Source: Candidatus Nealsonbacteria bacterium (GTDB taxonomy: Bacteria > Patescibacteriota > Minisyncoccia > Minisyncoccales > MHMH01). From it: a stretch of DNA of 64,000 nt. The stretch is taken from assembly GCA_016188865.1 (NCBI GenBank), contig JACPGX010000005.1:179317-243316 (forward strand), written 5' to 3'. The stretch's first letter is position 1. Every line of letters begins with the position of its first letter. The notes beneath the pieces are model-generated. The model worked only from the letters and a program-made list of their open reading frames with translations. It had not been told where the DNA came from and did not search any database. Below, in pieces: positions 35,462 through 44,388 of this stretch. Made by a program: the position numbers and the translations under genes.

Positions 35462-36658
35462 TTACATCGCACCGTACTTTTTCACAAATTTCTTAAATAG
35501 ATCACCTCTTTCAGCATAATCTTTAAAAATTCCGAAACTTGGCGAAGCCGGTGAAAGCAGGCATATTTTTCCTTTCCCGGTATATTTATAAGCCGACTTA
35601 ATCGCTTCTTTCATATTATCCGTAAAAACATACGAGAACCGTTCTCGTATGTTTTGCGGTACGGTTTGCCAGATGCGCTGGCCGGTGGTTGGGAATAAAA
35701 TTAAATTTTTGACTTTGCTTTTTGCGATTCTTTCAGCCAATTTTTTAAAGTTTAATCCTCTGTCATAACCGCCCAAAATAAGTGTTTCGACTTTATCTCC
35801 CAAAAAATCTAAGGCCTCAATAGCAGTTTCTGGCACCGTTGAAAGAGAGTCATTATAAAATTCGATTCCTTTGAATTTACCCGTATATTCCAATCTGTGC
35901 GGCAGGGTTTTTAGTCTTTTTGGCATTGGCAACTTAAATATTTTGGCTACAGCCTCTGCGGCAGCCTTGTTCAGTTCATAATACTTGCCAGTGATTGGAA
36001 TTTTTTTAGCTTTTGATTTTTCGGCAATCTTCCTGACTAAAAGATCTTCGCTGTTATAGATTAAATAATCTTTTTTAGTTTGGTATTTAGTAATATTGGC
36101 TTTAGCTCCGACATATTCCTCAAAGCTCTTATAATAATCCAAATGTTCGGGATAAATATTTAAAAGTACTGCAATATGCGGCGATTTTTTCAAGTTATAA
36201 AGCTGGTGGGACGATAGTTCATAAACAAAAATATCATCCTTTTTAGCTTTTAGTAAAGAAGTTAATGCGGGTTTTCCGATATTGCCCACCAAATGAGCTT
36301 TCAATCCCCCGCTCTTGAGAGTTTGATAAATCCAATAAGAAGTCGTGCTTTTTCCCTTAGTGCCAGTGATTCCTATAATTTTTCCCGGACAATTTTCAAA
36401 AAAAATCTTCGTCTGCGTCGTAATCTTCCATAGGTGAAACCTATGGATTTTTTTGAATGAGATGCCGGGAGACTTAATGATAATATCGTAATCTTTAAGC
36501 TTCTTGAGATAGTGCTTATCAAATTTTTGGTCGGCAATATCTATTTTCTTTTTAGGGAATATTTTTTTAAAAAATCTTAAAGTATCCTGTCCTTCCCTGC
36601 CGAATCCAAGAATTGCTATTTTCTTATTTTTATATTTTTTAAAACTATTGACAAACAT
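35462..36658 (-). CDS. murD: UDP-N-acetylmuramoylalanine--D-glutamate ligase (MurD-type)
   Basis: True start taken at ATG 36658 (MFVNSFKKYKNKKIAILGFGREG). GITGTKGKSTT P-loop. The 103 extra N-terminal codons in the tracked ORF run through a stop-poor G+C-rich island. Confidence 0.85.
   Translation of the reverse strand: MFVNSFKKYKNKKIAILGFGREGQDTLRFFKKIFPKKKIDIADQKFDKHYLKKLKDYDIIIKSPGISFKKIHRFHLWKITTQTKIFFENCPGKIIGITGTKGKSTTSYWIYQTLKSGGLKAHLVGNIGKPALTSLLKAKKDDIFVYELSSHQLYNLKKSPHIAVLLNIYPEHLDYYKSFEEYVGAKANITKYQTKKDYLIYNSEDLLVRKIAEKSKAKKIPITGKYYELNKAAAEAVAKIFKLPMPKRLKTLPHRLEYTGKFKGIEFYNDSLSTVPETAIEALDFLGDKVETLILGGYDRGLNFKKLAERIAKSKVKNLILFPTTGQRIWQTVPQNIRERFSYVFTDNMKEAIKSAYKYTGKGKICLLSPASPSFGIFKDYAERGDLFKKFVKKYGAM
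35625..35655. repeat. Intragenic palindromic element, copy 3 (single unit, inside murD)
   Basis: AAAACATACGAGAAC-C-GTTCTCGTATGTTTT with exact 15-nt arms. Encodes QNIRERFSYVF. Confidence 0.8.
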
Positions 36659-36676
36659 AATATTATATGTTATGAT
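36648..36676 (+). promoter_or_regulatory. Near-consensus promoter driving the G+C-rich orphan gene
   Basis: TTGACA (36648-36653), 17-nt spacer, TATGAT (36671-36676). Overlaps the murD start codon region on the other strand. Confidence 0.65.
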
Positions 36677-36733
36677 GTATTTGTCGAACTGGGGCCATCT
36701 GCTTCGGCAAATATTTCTAAAGGAGGTATTAAA

Positions 36734-37090
36734 ATGGCCATCGAAAAAGGAACATTGGTAATGGTGGAGGGGGCGGTGGTTCATATTACAACTATGAACC
36801 GAGAGGGTCGCCTCTATGAGCGCGACAAGCGTGTTCCTCCGGGGCGGCCCATCTTCGGTACCGTAGAAGGAACCTACGAGGTTCAGAAAGCGGTATTCGG
36901 GGAGAACGAAGAAATCGTCAAACCGGCCAAGTTCGTTGCTTTCGTTCAGTGGGACGGACCCAAGCATCGGACATCCATCCTTCCGTTAGAGAAACTCCAG
37001 CCGGCAATCAACGACGTTCTCAACCCCGCGCCGCTCGTGGAGGCGCCGAAAAAATCACCCCGCCGGCGAAAAACCACGAAAAAGCAGTAA
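36734..37090 (+). CDS. G+C-rich orphan protein (118 aa, basic C-terminal tail), antisense insertion in the dcw cluster
   Basis: AAGGAGG Shine-Dalgarno sequence 7 nt upstream of the ATG. Hand counts: 36781-36840 is 31/60 G+C and 36841-36900 is 35/60, versus 17/60 for 36541-36600 in murD. Ends KKSPRRRKTTKKQ. Confidence 0.65.
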   Translation: MAIEKGTLVMVEGAVVHITTMNREGRLYERDKRVPPGRPIFGTVEGTYEVQKAVFGENEEIVKPAKFVAFVQWDGPKHRTSILPLEKLQPAINDVLNPAPLVEAPKKSPRRRKTTKKQ

Positions 37091-37101
37091 ATCTGCGATC
37101 C

Positions 37102-37130
37102 AAGGCTCTGACCATTATGGTCAGAGCCTT
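37102..37130. terminator. Bidirectional hairpin terminator
   Basis: AAGGCTCTGACC ATTAT GGTCAGAGCCTT (12 bp, perfect). Contains the stop codon of the convergent minus-strand gene. Confidence 0.7.
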
Positions 37131-38383
37131 ACCTGTTTTAAAAGATACGGTATTTTGCCTAATTTTCTTGCTTCTTCAAAAGATAGCAAAGCCGCTTCTC
37201 TGCTTTCTTGGTAAGTACCCACACACTCAAAGGGCTTGTGTATTCCCTCCCCTATCAAAGATTTCATAAGAGGTAATAATTTTTTATCTTGCAATAAATC
37301 TTTTCCGAAAATTTTTAGCAAATCTTTATTTCTTAACAAGGGATACAAGCTTATATACACAAAAAGGCATTTAGGGCATTTGCCGCACCAGCGCTCTCCT
37401 ATTTTAGAACCAAGATTGCAGCTGGAGAATACGGAAAAATATTTTGGATATTTAGCAAACATTTTAGAAATTTCCAATTCGCCGTATTTTCTTAAATAAC
37501 TGAAATAATTGATATTTTTTGCCAGATATTTTTTGCAGTAATATTTAAACATTTTTTCAAATTCTGAACTTTTGGCCCATTGATGGTTTATAATCCTTCC
37601 GAGATATTTAACGTTTCCCTCATTGGCGCTTTTTTCATTTGAAAAAGCGATATTTTTATAGCCGAATAATACAGCGCAGAAAACAGACAAAAATGACAGA
37701 AGCGCGGTAAACGGCGTATGGCCGTTTAGCAAAGCACCCTCTTTATTTAATTCCAATAGTTTCGGATCAATTTTTCTCTCAACGATAATGGGATTTTTTA
37801 TTCCAGCTACCCTTAAAACATCTTTCGCGGCCTTCGTGGGATTAACCGTAAAGGCATTTATTTTTTTTCTGGCCCTTCTTAGTTTCTCTAGTGTAACAAT
37901 AGAATCTCTCCCTCCTCCCATCGGCACCAAATGTTTATTTTTTAGCTTAATGTCGGTACGCCTTAATTCAACCATGGGATAATTAAGGCGATTAGAGGCA
38001 ATGGTCAAAAAATTTGATTTACGCCAGTTTATTTTATTTTCGTAGAAAAACTGTCCCATGCCCTTAATTATTAAATTTTTCCACCAGCTAATTTGTTCTT
38101 TATTCAAATAGCCAGCTTCAATAATAATTTTCGGCGAACAAGTTGCTTTCCAGTAACTAAGCATTTCTATCAATCCCACATGAAATATTAAATTATCGAG
38201 AACGTTTCTCGTAGGGACGAGATGCGTTCTCGATAATTTTTTAATGATAATTTGCGGCCGAAAACTGATACCGGGCGGTATCTCGAAAAAGAAGGAGATT
38301 TTTAAATCTCCACCCTTTATTTCGTAGCCGTAATTTCTATATATAAACCTAGGATATTTTTTTCTTAAAATTTTTGATTTCAT
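37121..38383 (-). CDS. PP-loop-like ATPase family protein; candidate MurL-type UDP-MurNAc-L-Ala-L-Glu epimerase (hypothesis)
   Basis: Start taken at ATG 38383 (ATGA overlap with the mraY stop). VPMGGGRDS resembles the SGGxDS PP-loop. C-terminal CGKCPKC. Position between mraY and murD. Confidence 0.4.
   Translation of the reverse strand: MKSKILRKKYPRFIYRNYGYEIKGGDLKISFFFEIPPGISFRPQIIIKKLSRTHLVPTRNVLDNLIFHVGLIEMLSYWKATCSPKIIIEAGYLNKEQISWWKNLIIKGMGQFFYENKINWRKSNFLTIASNRLNYPMVELRRTDIKLKNKHLVPMGGGRDSIVTLEKLRRARKKINAFTVNPTKAAKDVLRVAGIKNPIIVERKIDPKLLELNKEGALLNGHTPFTALLSFLSVFCAVLFGYKNIAFSNEKSANEGNVKYLGRIINHQWAKSSEFEKMFKYYCKKYLAKNINYFSYLRKYGELEISKMFAKYPKYFSVFSSCNLGSKIGERWCGKCPKCLFVYISLYPLLRNKDLLKIFGKDLLQDKKLLPLMKSLIGEGIHKPFECVGTYQESREAALLSFEEARKLGKIPYLLKQVRL
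38190..38239. repeat. Intragenic palindromic element, copy 4
   Basis: AAATTAT-CGAGAACGTTTCTCG-TAGGGA-CGAGATGCGTTCTCG-ATAATTT. Encodes KLSRTHLVPTRNVLDNL on the minus strand. Confidence 0.85.
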
Positions 38384-39450
38384 CCCAGTAATCTTATGGC
38401 TATTCCCATAATAGCTGCAATAACCCCGATAATCCAAAATCTCATGGTTACTTTATAATGCGGCCAACCCTTGGCTTCAAAGTGGTGGTGGATCGGCGAA
38501 GCTAAAAAAACTTTTTTATGGCGGAATTTTTTGGAAAGCAACTGCAAAATAACCGAGCCAGATTCTATGACTAATAAAAATCCGATAATTGGCAATACTA
38601 AAACAGAATCCGTCAGGAAAGACACTACCGTTAAGGTTGCCGTCAGGCCCATAATGCCGGTTTCTCCCATATAGAAACGGGCGGGAGGTATGTTATACCA
38701 CAAGAAAGCTAAAATAGCGCCTAATATTGCTGCGCAAAAAGCCGCTAAATTCACTTGTCCTAAAAATAAAGAAATTACCGCAAATGCCCCAAAAATTGAA
38801 GCAAAAACGCCCCCCGCTAATCCGTCTAGTCCGTCTATCACCCCTCCGGAATAAGTCGCCATAGTCACTAAAATAAATAAGGGAATATATAAATATCCTA
38901 TTTCCATGTCTCCGATGCCCGGGATATGCAGGGTGGATGTTTCTAATTTTGCAAAAAACCACCAAGCCCCAATAAGCCCGATTAGGGCCATAATTATTAA
39001 TCTTTTTTTAAGCCCCAATCCCCCGCCGATGTACTTACCCTTGCCCCTTACCTGAAGGATATCATCAATTAACCCCAAAAAAGCTGCGGAAATTAAAGCA
39101 AAAAATGGCAGCCAGGTTTGCGATCTTGAAAGGAAGTTCAATTTTTGAAGCCACCACACGTCGGTTGTTTTTGCCAGAATGAAAAGCGGAACGGCTAAAA
39201 TCGAAGGGACCAGCCAAATTAAAAGTCCTCCGAATCTGGGAACTTGAGTTTCTCCTGTTGAATGGAATTTCTGAAAATACCAAAGTGTCTTGCCATCTAT
39301 CGCCTTTTGCCTGACTTCTTTGCGCCAGAGTTTATATTTGTATAAATAACGAGTCAATAAGGGCGTTAAACTAAAAGCAATCAAGAAACTGAAAGTTCCT
39401 ATGGCAAAAATTTTTATAGCGTCAATGGCTGCATTGGGAAGATAGAACAT
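38380..39450 (-). CDS. mraY: Phospho-N-acetylmuramoyl-pentapeptide transferase
   Basis: Polytopic 356 aa with DDxxxxxG and SPIHHHFE motifs, in dcw context. Confidence 0.9.
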   Translation of the reverse strand: MFYLPNAAIDAIKIFAIGTFSFLIAFSLTPLLTRYLYKYKLWRKEVRQKAIDGKTLWYFQKFHSTGETQVPRFGGLLIWLVPSILAVPLFILAKTTDVWWLQKLNFLSRSQTWLPFFALISAAFLGLIDDILQVRGKGKYIGGGLGLKKRLIIMALIGLIGAWWFFAKLETSTLHIPGIGDMEIGYLYIPLFILVTMATYSGGVIDGLDGLAGGVFASIFGAFAVISLFLGQVNLAAFCAAILGAILAFLWYNIPPARFYMGETGIMGLTATLTVVSFLTDSVLVLPIIGFLLVIESGSVILQLLSKKFRHKKVFLASPIHHHFEAKGWPHYKVTMRFWIIGVIAAIMGIAIRLLG

Positions 39451-39456
39451 AATTTT

Positions 39457-40416
39457 TTACCACGAATAAGCTATATCTAGCCAATTTGCCAGTTTTTTCA
39501 TTTCTGAAAATCTATTATTAGTTCCCAAAATAACATTAATGATATATCCTCTTCCCCTGGGAGCTTCTAAAACTAAAATAAAACATCCTTGAGCTTTTTC
39601 AGTGTATCCCGTTTTTCCTCCGGCTATTCTTGGCAATTCTCCGAGAAGTTCATTGGTGTTCACTAATTCTGGTCCATAGCTGTTGAATTTTGGGGTATTG
39701 AGAATTTCCCACAGCAATTTGTCGTCGAAAGTTGATGCAACTAATTTAGCTAAATCTAATGCCGTAGAATAATTAAATGGCTTGGCAGCATCTTCCGGAT
39801 CGAGTCCGGTTGGATTAAAAAAATGCGTGTTTTGCAGTTTAAAATTACCGGCTTTTTCATTCATCATCCGCAAAAAATCTTTTTCTGTCATGCCTTCATA
39901 ATTATTAGCCAGGGCATAAGCCGCATCATTGCTCGACTCTATTAAAAGTGGATAAAGCAGATATTTTACCGTATGAACCTCGCCCAAAGATAGTTTTCCG
40001 AGATTTTCTTCCTGATTTATAGCTTCTTTCGAAATTTTAATTTCTTTTAGAAGGTCATAATTATCTAAAACAACTTTTGCCGTCATCAATTTAGTAAGGC
40101 TGGCTATGGGGAGCAAAGTATTCTTATCTTTTTCAAAAAGAATCCGTTTTTCGCCGCGATTATTTATCAGCAAAGAAATAGCCGATTTTGCCGCGATTTC
40201 TATGTTAGGAATATCTTCATCGCGCAAAGGTTTTAAGCTCATCATTTGCTGCTGAAAAGCTAATTGGTTCGCCTCGGCAGCCAGCAAACGAGGGTCATTA
40301 GCTAACTCCAGTCCATAAAAAAAAGTTTTGGAGTCCTCACTTAAAACGTTGGCTCCCCACCAAAAAAAAATGCTCAACAGAAGCGGAATTAAAAAATATT
40401 TTAAATTTCTGCTCAT
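39457..40416 (-). CDS. D-alanyl-D-alanine carboxypeptidase (S11, PBP5-like)
   Basis: SxxK (ASLTKLM), SxN (SSND) and KTG (KTGYT) motifs, with an N-terminal anchor. Confidence 0.8.
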   Translation of the reverse strand: MSRNLKYFLIPLLLSIFFWWGANVLSEDSKTFFYGLELANDPRLLAAEANQLAFQQQMMSLKPLRDEDIPNIEIAAKSAISLLINNRGEKRILFEKDKNTLLPIASLTKLMTAKVVLDNYDLLKEIKISKEAINQEENLGKLSLGEVHTVKYLLYPLLIESSNDAAYALANNYEGMTEKDFLRMMNEKAGNFKLQNTHFFNPTGLDPEDAAKPFNYSTALDLAKLVASTFDDKLLWEILNTPKFNSYGPELVNTNELLGELPRIAGGKTGYTEKAQGCFILVLEAPRGRGYIINVILGTNNRFSEMKKLANWLDIAYSW

Positions 40417-41726
40417 GGCGTTAATCGTTTCACCCCCCTGTAGATATAAGTCACTTCTCTGACATTATTAATATTGAAAATTTTCATCAGCATGCGGCTG
40501 GGGCCTAAGCCGAATCCGCCGTGTGGCGGACAAGCGTATTTAAAAAAATTAAGATAATGCTTAAGAGTTTCCGGTTTTAATCCCTTCTCTTTTACTTGCT
40601 TAAGCAGAATTTCATATCTATGTTCTCTTTGAGCGCCGGTGGTGATTTCAAGACCCGACCACAAAAGATCAAAACTTTTTGTCAAACCAGAATTATTTTC
40701 TAAGCGCATATGGTAAAAGGGACGAACTCCTTTCGGGTATTCCGTGACAAAAACAAACTCATGTCCTTTTTCCTTTAGAATCCACTCGCTTAATTTTCTT
40801 TCTTCCTCCGGAGTTAAATCGCCATCTTGTTCGCTTTTCACTTTTAATTCGGATAAGATTTTTTTAGCCTCAAGCATGGTAATTTGCGGAAAAGGAATCC
40901 GGGGAACGATTAATTTTCTTCCATAGTTTTTTTCAATTTCCTCCCCATATCTTTCTTCAACTTTAGCCAGAGCGAAAACTAAAGCTTCTTCTTCTGCGCG
41001 GATAATATCTTGATGGGAAGCAATGAACGAAATTTCGATGTCATAACCTGTAAATTCAGTATCATGCCTTGATGTAAAAGAAGGATTCGCCCTGAAAACC
41101 GGCCCCACTTCAAAAACTTTCTCAAAACCTGAAGCCATGGCCATTTGTTTATAAAATTGGGGGGATTGGGCAAGGTAAGCTTTTCCTTTAAAATATTTAA
41201 CTTCAAACAATTCCGCTCCGGATTCGCTTGGAGCCGACATTAGTTTCGGAGAGTGTATTTCGATATAGCCATGATTCAGCCAGTATTCTCTAAAGCCTTG
41301 CTCCATCAGAGTCCAAACCTTAAAAATCAATTGCTTTTGCGGTTTTCTTAAATCAAGCCATCGCCAGTTCATTCTTTTTTCAAGAGTGGATTCCCCTTCC
41401 TCTTTTTCAAGAACGTGAATAGGCGGTGTTTTAGCTTTAGATAAAATTTCTAAATTTTGCGCTTCAATTTCAATTCTCCCGGTTTCCAGGTTTGGATTAA
41501 CCATCTTTTCCGGCCTTTCTTTGACCAGACCCTCTAAAGAAATTACCCACTCCGGCTTGATGTCTTGAGCCAGCTCCGGCTTCATAACGATTTGTACTAT
41601 GCCTGAAATGTCTCTTAAGTCAATAAAAACAATGCTTCCGTGGTCGCGTCTTGTGTTAACCCAGCCCGAAAGTTTGACTTTTTCATTCAAATGTTCAGTT
41701 GTTTCTTTGATTAAGATTCTTTCCAT
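40413..41726 (-). CDS. aspS: Aspartate--tRNA ligase, archaeal/type-2 form
   Basis: Class IIb OB fold (VKLSGWVNTRRDHGSIVFIDLRD), motif 2 FRAN..TSRH.TEF, motif 3 PPHGGFGLG, C-terminal RLTP. Confidence 0.7.
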   Translation of the reverse strand: MERILIKETTEHLNEKVKLSGWVNTRRDHGSIVFIDLRDISGIVQIVMKPELAQDIKPEWVISLEGLVKERPEKMVNPNLETGRIEIEAQNLEILSKAKTPPIHVLEKEEGESTLEKRMNWRWLDLRKPQKQLIFKVWTLMEQGFREYWLNHGYIEIHSPKLMSAPSESGAELFEVKYFKGKAYLAQSPQFYKQMAMASGFEKVFEVGPVFRANPSFTSRHDTEFTGYDIEISFIASHQDIIRAEEEALVFALAKVEERYGEEIEKNYGRKLIVPRIPFPQITMLEAKKILSELKVKSEQDGDLTPEEERKLSEWILKEKGHEFVFVTEYPKGVRPFYHMRLENNSGLTKSFDLLWSGLEITTGAQREHRYEILLKQVKEKGLKPETLKHYLNFFKYACPPHGGFGLGPSRMLMKIFNINNVREVTYIYRGVKRLTP

Positions 41727-41754
41727 ATTAAGACCATAATAACAAATTCCATAA

Positions 41755-43350
41755 TTATCTCAATGGCAGTTCTATGTAAAAAGTTGAGCCCTTGTCCTTA
41801 CCTTCGCTTTCTGCCCAGATTTTGCCATTTTGCATTTCCACGAATCTTTTTGCCACATAAAGTCCCAAGCCCGTTCCTCCAGTCCAGATTTTTGTTCCGG
41901 TTTTCCCCCTCGCAAAACTTTTAAAAATACCGGAAATTTCTTCCGAATCCATGCCAACTCCAGTATCCTTTATTTTTAATCTAAGAATTCCATTAAAAAC
42001 TTCGTGGTTTATTTCTATTCCCCCCATTTCCGTGTATTTGATGGCATTATCGATAATGTTGAATATAGCTTCTCTGATTTTATCTTTATCGGTATAAATT
42101 TTTGGCAAAGGAATTTTTGGCCTATCCCATTTCAAATAAAGATTTTTCTTTTTAATCTCAATCTCCAATTCTTTTATAATATCATAAATAATATCCTCAA
42201 TTTGGAGGATTTCGTAATTCAATTCTATTTTTCCAGACTCAATGCGGGAAATATTCAAAAGATCGTTAATCAATTCTATCAATCGTTCATTGGAGTTATA
42301 AACTCTGCTTAGAATTTCTTTCATTTTATCATTTAATTTACCGTAAATTTCCTCAAGAACCAAAGAAACGTAGCCCTTAACAGCGGTAAGGGGCGTTCTT
42401 AATTGATGCGAAGCTATAGAAAGAAATTCTGTTTTTGCCTTGCTAAGCCTGTCTATTTCCAGGTTGGTTTTTCTTAAATTTTCCGCTAAATTTTCTATTT
42501 TTTCCCTGCTGGCTATTTCTTTCAAAACAGCCTTCAGAAGCAAAATGGACAAAATGCCCATTATGATAAGAATGACCGCATTAAAAATAATGTCTCCCAT
42601 ATCGGGAGAGAAGAGTGTTCTGACTAATAAGAAAAACAAAATGCCAGCCGTGAATAATTCTGCAGCAATAATCTTAATGTCAAAAAGATGATGTTTAACA
42701 ATGGCATAAGCCGAAAGGATAATAAAAGGAAGCGTAAAAATCGGCCCGAATCTTACAAGCCCGGTTTTATGGAATATAACCACTGCTAAAAACTGTGAAC
42801 TGATGAGCAGCAAAAACATAATGATAAAACCAGTAAAAATGTACCGCCACTGAACCTTTTCAATATCCCTGGATTTACGGTAATTTTTAAAAATAAAATA
42901 AGCCGAAAGGCCCCAAAAAAGGAAAATAGTGAAAGCGAATAAGGGCATTAAAGGGCCCGGCACCGGTAGGATTTCTCCATTTTTTTCTTCCAATTCCGGG
43001 TATAAAAATTGAGAAAGAGCCGATAGGGCAGTTAAAGCGGTGATGAGAGCCAATAAAAATAGTTTCCATTTTGGCATTGAAATTTTATTCTGCGGAAAAA
43101 CCGCGACGAATAAAAAGAATATAAATTGCAGTAAAACAGCAAAAAACATAACCATCCTGATCCAGAGGAGATCTCCTAAAAAGACGGGGTGCACTGAAAA
43201 ATAATTAGCCGATGCCCAAAAAATAATCGTTAAGCATAAAACGCCAAAAACCTTATTGCTTAAATTATCGCGATTTTTGGCATAAACCATCCATCCTAAA
43301 ACAGAACTTGCGATAATGGGAGTTAAAATTATAAAAAAGTCAGCGTTCAT
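41755..43350 (-). CDS. Polytopic sensor histidine kinase
   Basis: About 7 N-terminal TM helices. H-box FLSIASHQLRTPL. GTGLGLYVAKRFV. Confidence 0.9.
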   Translation of the reverse strand: MNADFFIILTPIIASSVLGWMVYAKNRDNLSNKVFGVLCLTIIFWASANYFSVHPVFLGDLLWIRMVMFFAVLLQFIFFLFVAVFPQNKISMPKWKLFLLALITALTALSALSQFLYPELEEKNGEILPVPGPLMPLFAFTIFLFWGLSAYFIFKNYRKSRDIEKVQWRYIFTGFIIMFLLLISSQFLAVVIFHKTGLVRFGPIFTLPFIILSAYAIVKHHLFDIKIIAAELFTAGILFFLLVRTLFSPDMGDIIFNAVILIIMGILSILLLKAVLKEIASREKIENLAENLRKTNLEIDRLSKAKTEFLSIASHQLRTPLTAVKGYVSLVLEEIYGKLNDKMKEILSRVYNSNERLIELINDLLNISRIESGKIELNYEILQIEDIIYDIIKELEIEIKKKNLYLKWDRPKIPLPKIYTDKDKIREAIFNIIDNAIKYTEMGGIEINHEVFNGILRLKIKDTGVGMDSEEISGIFKSFARGKTGTKIWTGGTGLGLYVAKRFVEMQNGKIWAESEGKDKGSTFYIELPLR

Positions 43351-44372
43351 TGTTGTTTGAATGCCTTGTCAATATTTAAAAAGTATCTTCCCGAAGCAAT
43401 TTTTTGCCGGTTAGCTATCGCCCTTATTAAATAAACTACGGCTGACCCTGCTATAAGAGCCGTAGGAGCAATTTGCGGAACAGCAGCTATTTTTTTTCCT
43501 ATATCTGAAATTGTTTTTTTCATTCTTGCATTTAGATTTTCCATACCCACTATTTTATTAGCTAATTGAACCCATTTGGGGAAAGGCGGATTTTTTAATT
43601 CTTCTTCCTTCATATTGCCAAAAAAGCCGTGAAGAATTGGCCTATTTTTTTCCAAATCGAATCTTTCCACGTCTAAAATAACGTTGTTTCCCACATTAGT
43701 AACCATAATTAATGGAATCCCCCGTTTTCTGGCGATTTTTCTGCTTAGGAATTTGAGATAGAGATTGTCTATTTCATCAATGAGCAAATCTAGCCCAGAA
43801 ATAAATTTTTCTATATTTTTTTCTGTGACATATTCTGCCCAGCAGTCTAATTCTATAAAAGGGTCCATTTCGTAAATCTTTTTTGCCATAAATTCAGCCT
43901 TGTTTTCGCCAAGGGCGCTTAGGGGAGCCAGCATTCTATTTAGATTGGAAATTTCTATTGTGTCTGCGTCGGCAATCCTTAAAAATTCTGAACCGCCGGA
44001 AGCTATTAATGGCCAAACAATATTTGAACCTATAGAAAGGCCCATAATGCCGAGTTTAAATTTGCGATAGTTATTTTGTTCTTCTTTTGTGATAATATTT
44101 TTATTTCTGGCAGTTTTTATCTCAAAGAAAATGTTTTTTTCCGGGCAATGCACGGCCTTATTGATCCACGGGTAATATATCCAAACCGACTTAATGGCAT
44201 TTTTTTTTTGGATGAATTCAAGCAAGGGTTTTTTTGCTTCCGGCATTTGCTTTTTATACCTGGGATTTCTGATAAAAAACAATTCTTCAAGACAGCCATT
44301 AAATGCTTCAATGATTTCAACGCCTTTTGGAATGGCATTTTTTTTGTAATAAATAATTGGTTTTTGAGTCAT
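43347..44372 (-). CDS. ThiF/E1-like adenylyltransferase family protein (Rv1355c-type N-terminal region)
   Basis: WIYYPWINKAVHCPEKNIFFEIKTARNKNIITKEEQ followed by KLGIMGLSIGSNIV (Rossmann-like). Overlaps the HK gene by 4 nt. Confidence 0.5.
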   Translation of the reverse strand: MTQKPIIYYKKNAIPKGVEIIEAFNGCLEELFFIRNPRYKKQMPEAKKPLLEFIQKKNAIKSVWIYYPWINKAVHCPEKNIFFEIKTARNKNIITKEEQNNYRKFKLGIMGLSIGSNIVWPLIASGGSEFLRIADADTIEISNLNRMLAPLSALGENKAEFMAKKIYEMDPFIELDCWAEYVTEKNIEKFISGLDLLIDEIDNLYLKFLSRKIARKRGIPLIMVTNVGNNVILDVERFDLEKNRPILHGFFGNMKEEELKNPPFPKWVQLANKIVGMENLNARMKKTISDIGKKIAAVPQIAPTALIAGSAVVYLIRAIANRQKIASGRYFLNIDKAFKQQ

Positions 44373-44388
44373 TTATCTAATTCTATCA

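Noticed and set aside
36659-37269. 103-codon N-terminal extension of murD (to 36967) and the 106-aa + strand ORF at 36949-37269
   Set aside because: Both are by-products of the stop-poor G+C-rich island. murD has a canonical N-terminus (KKIAILGFGREG) starting at ATG 36658, and the + strand ORF overlaps a terminator and the convergent gene.
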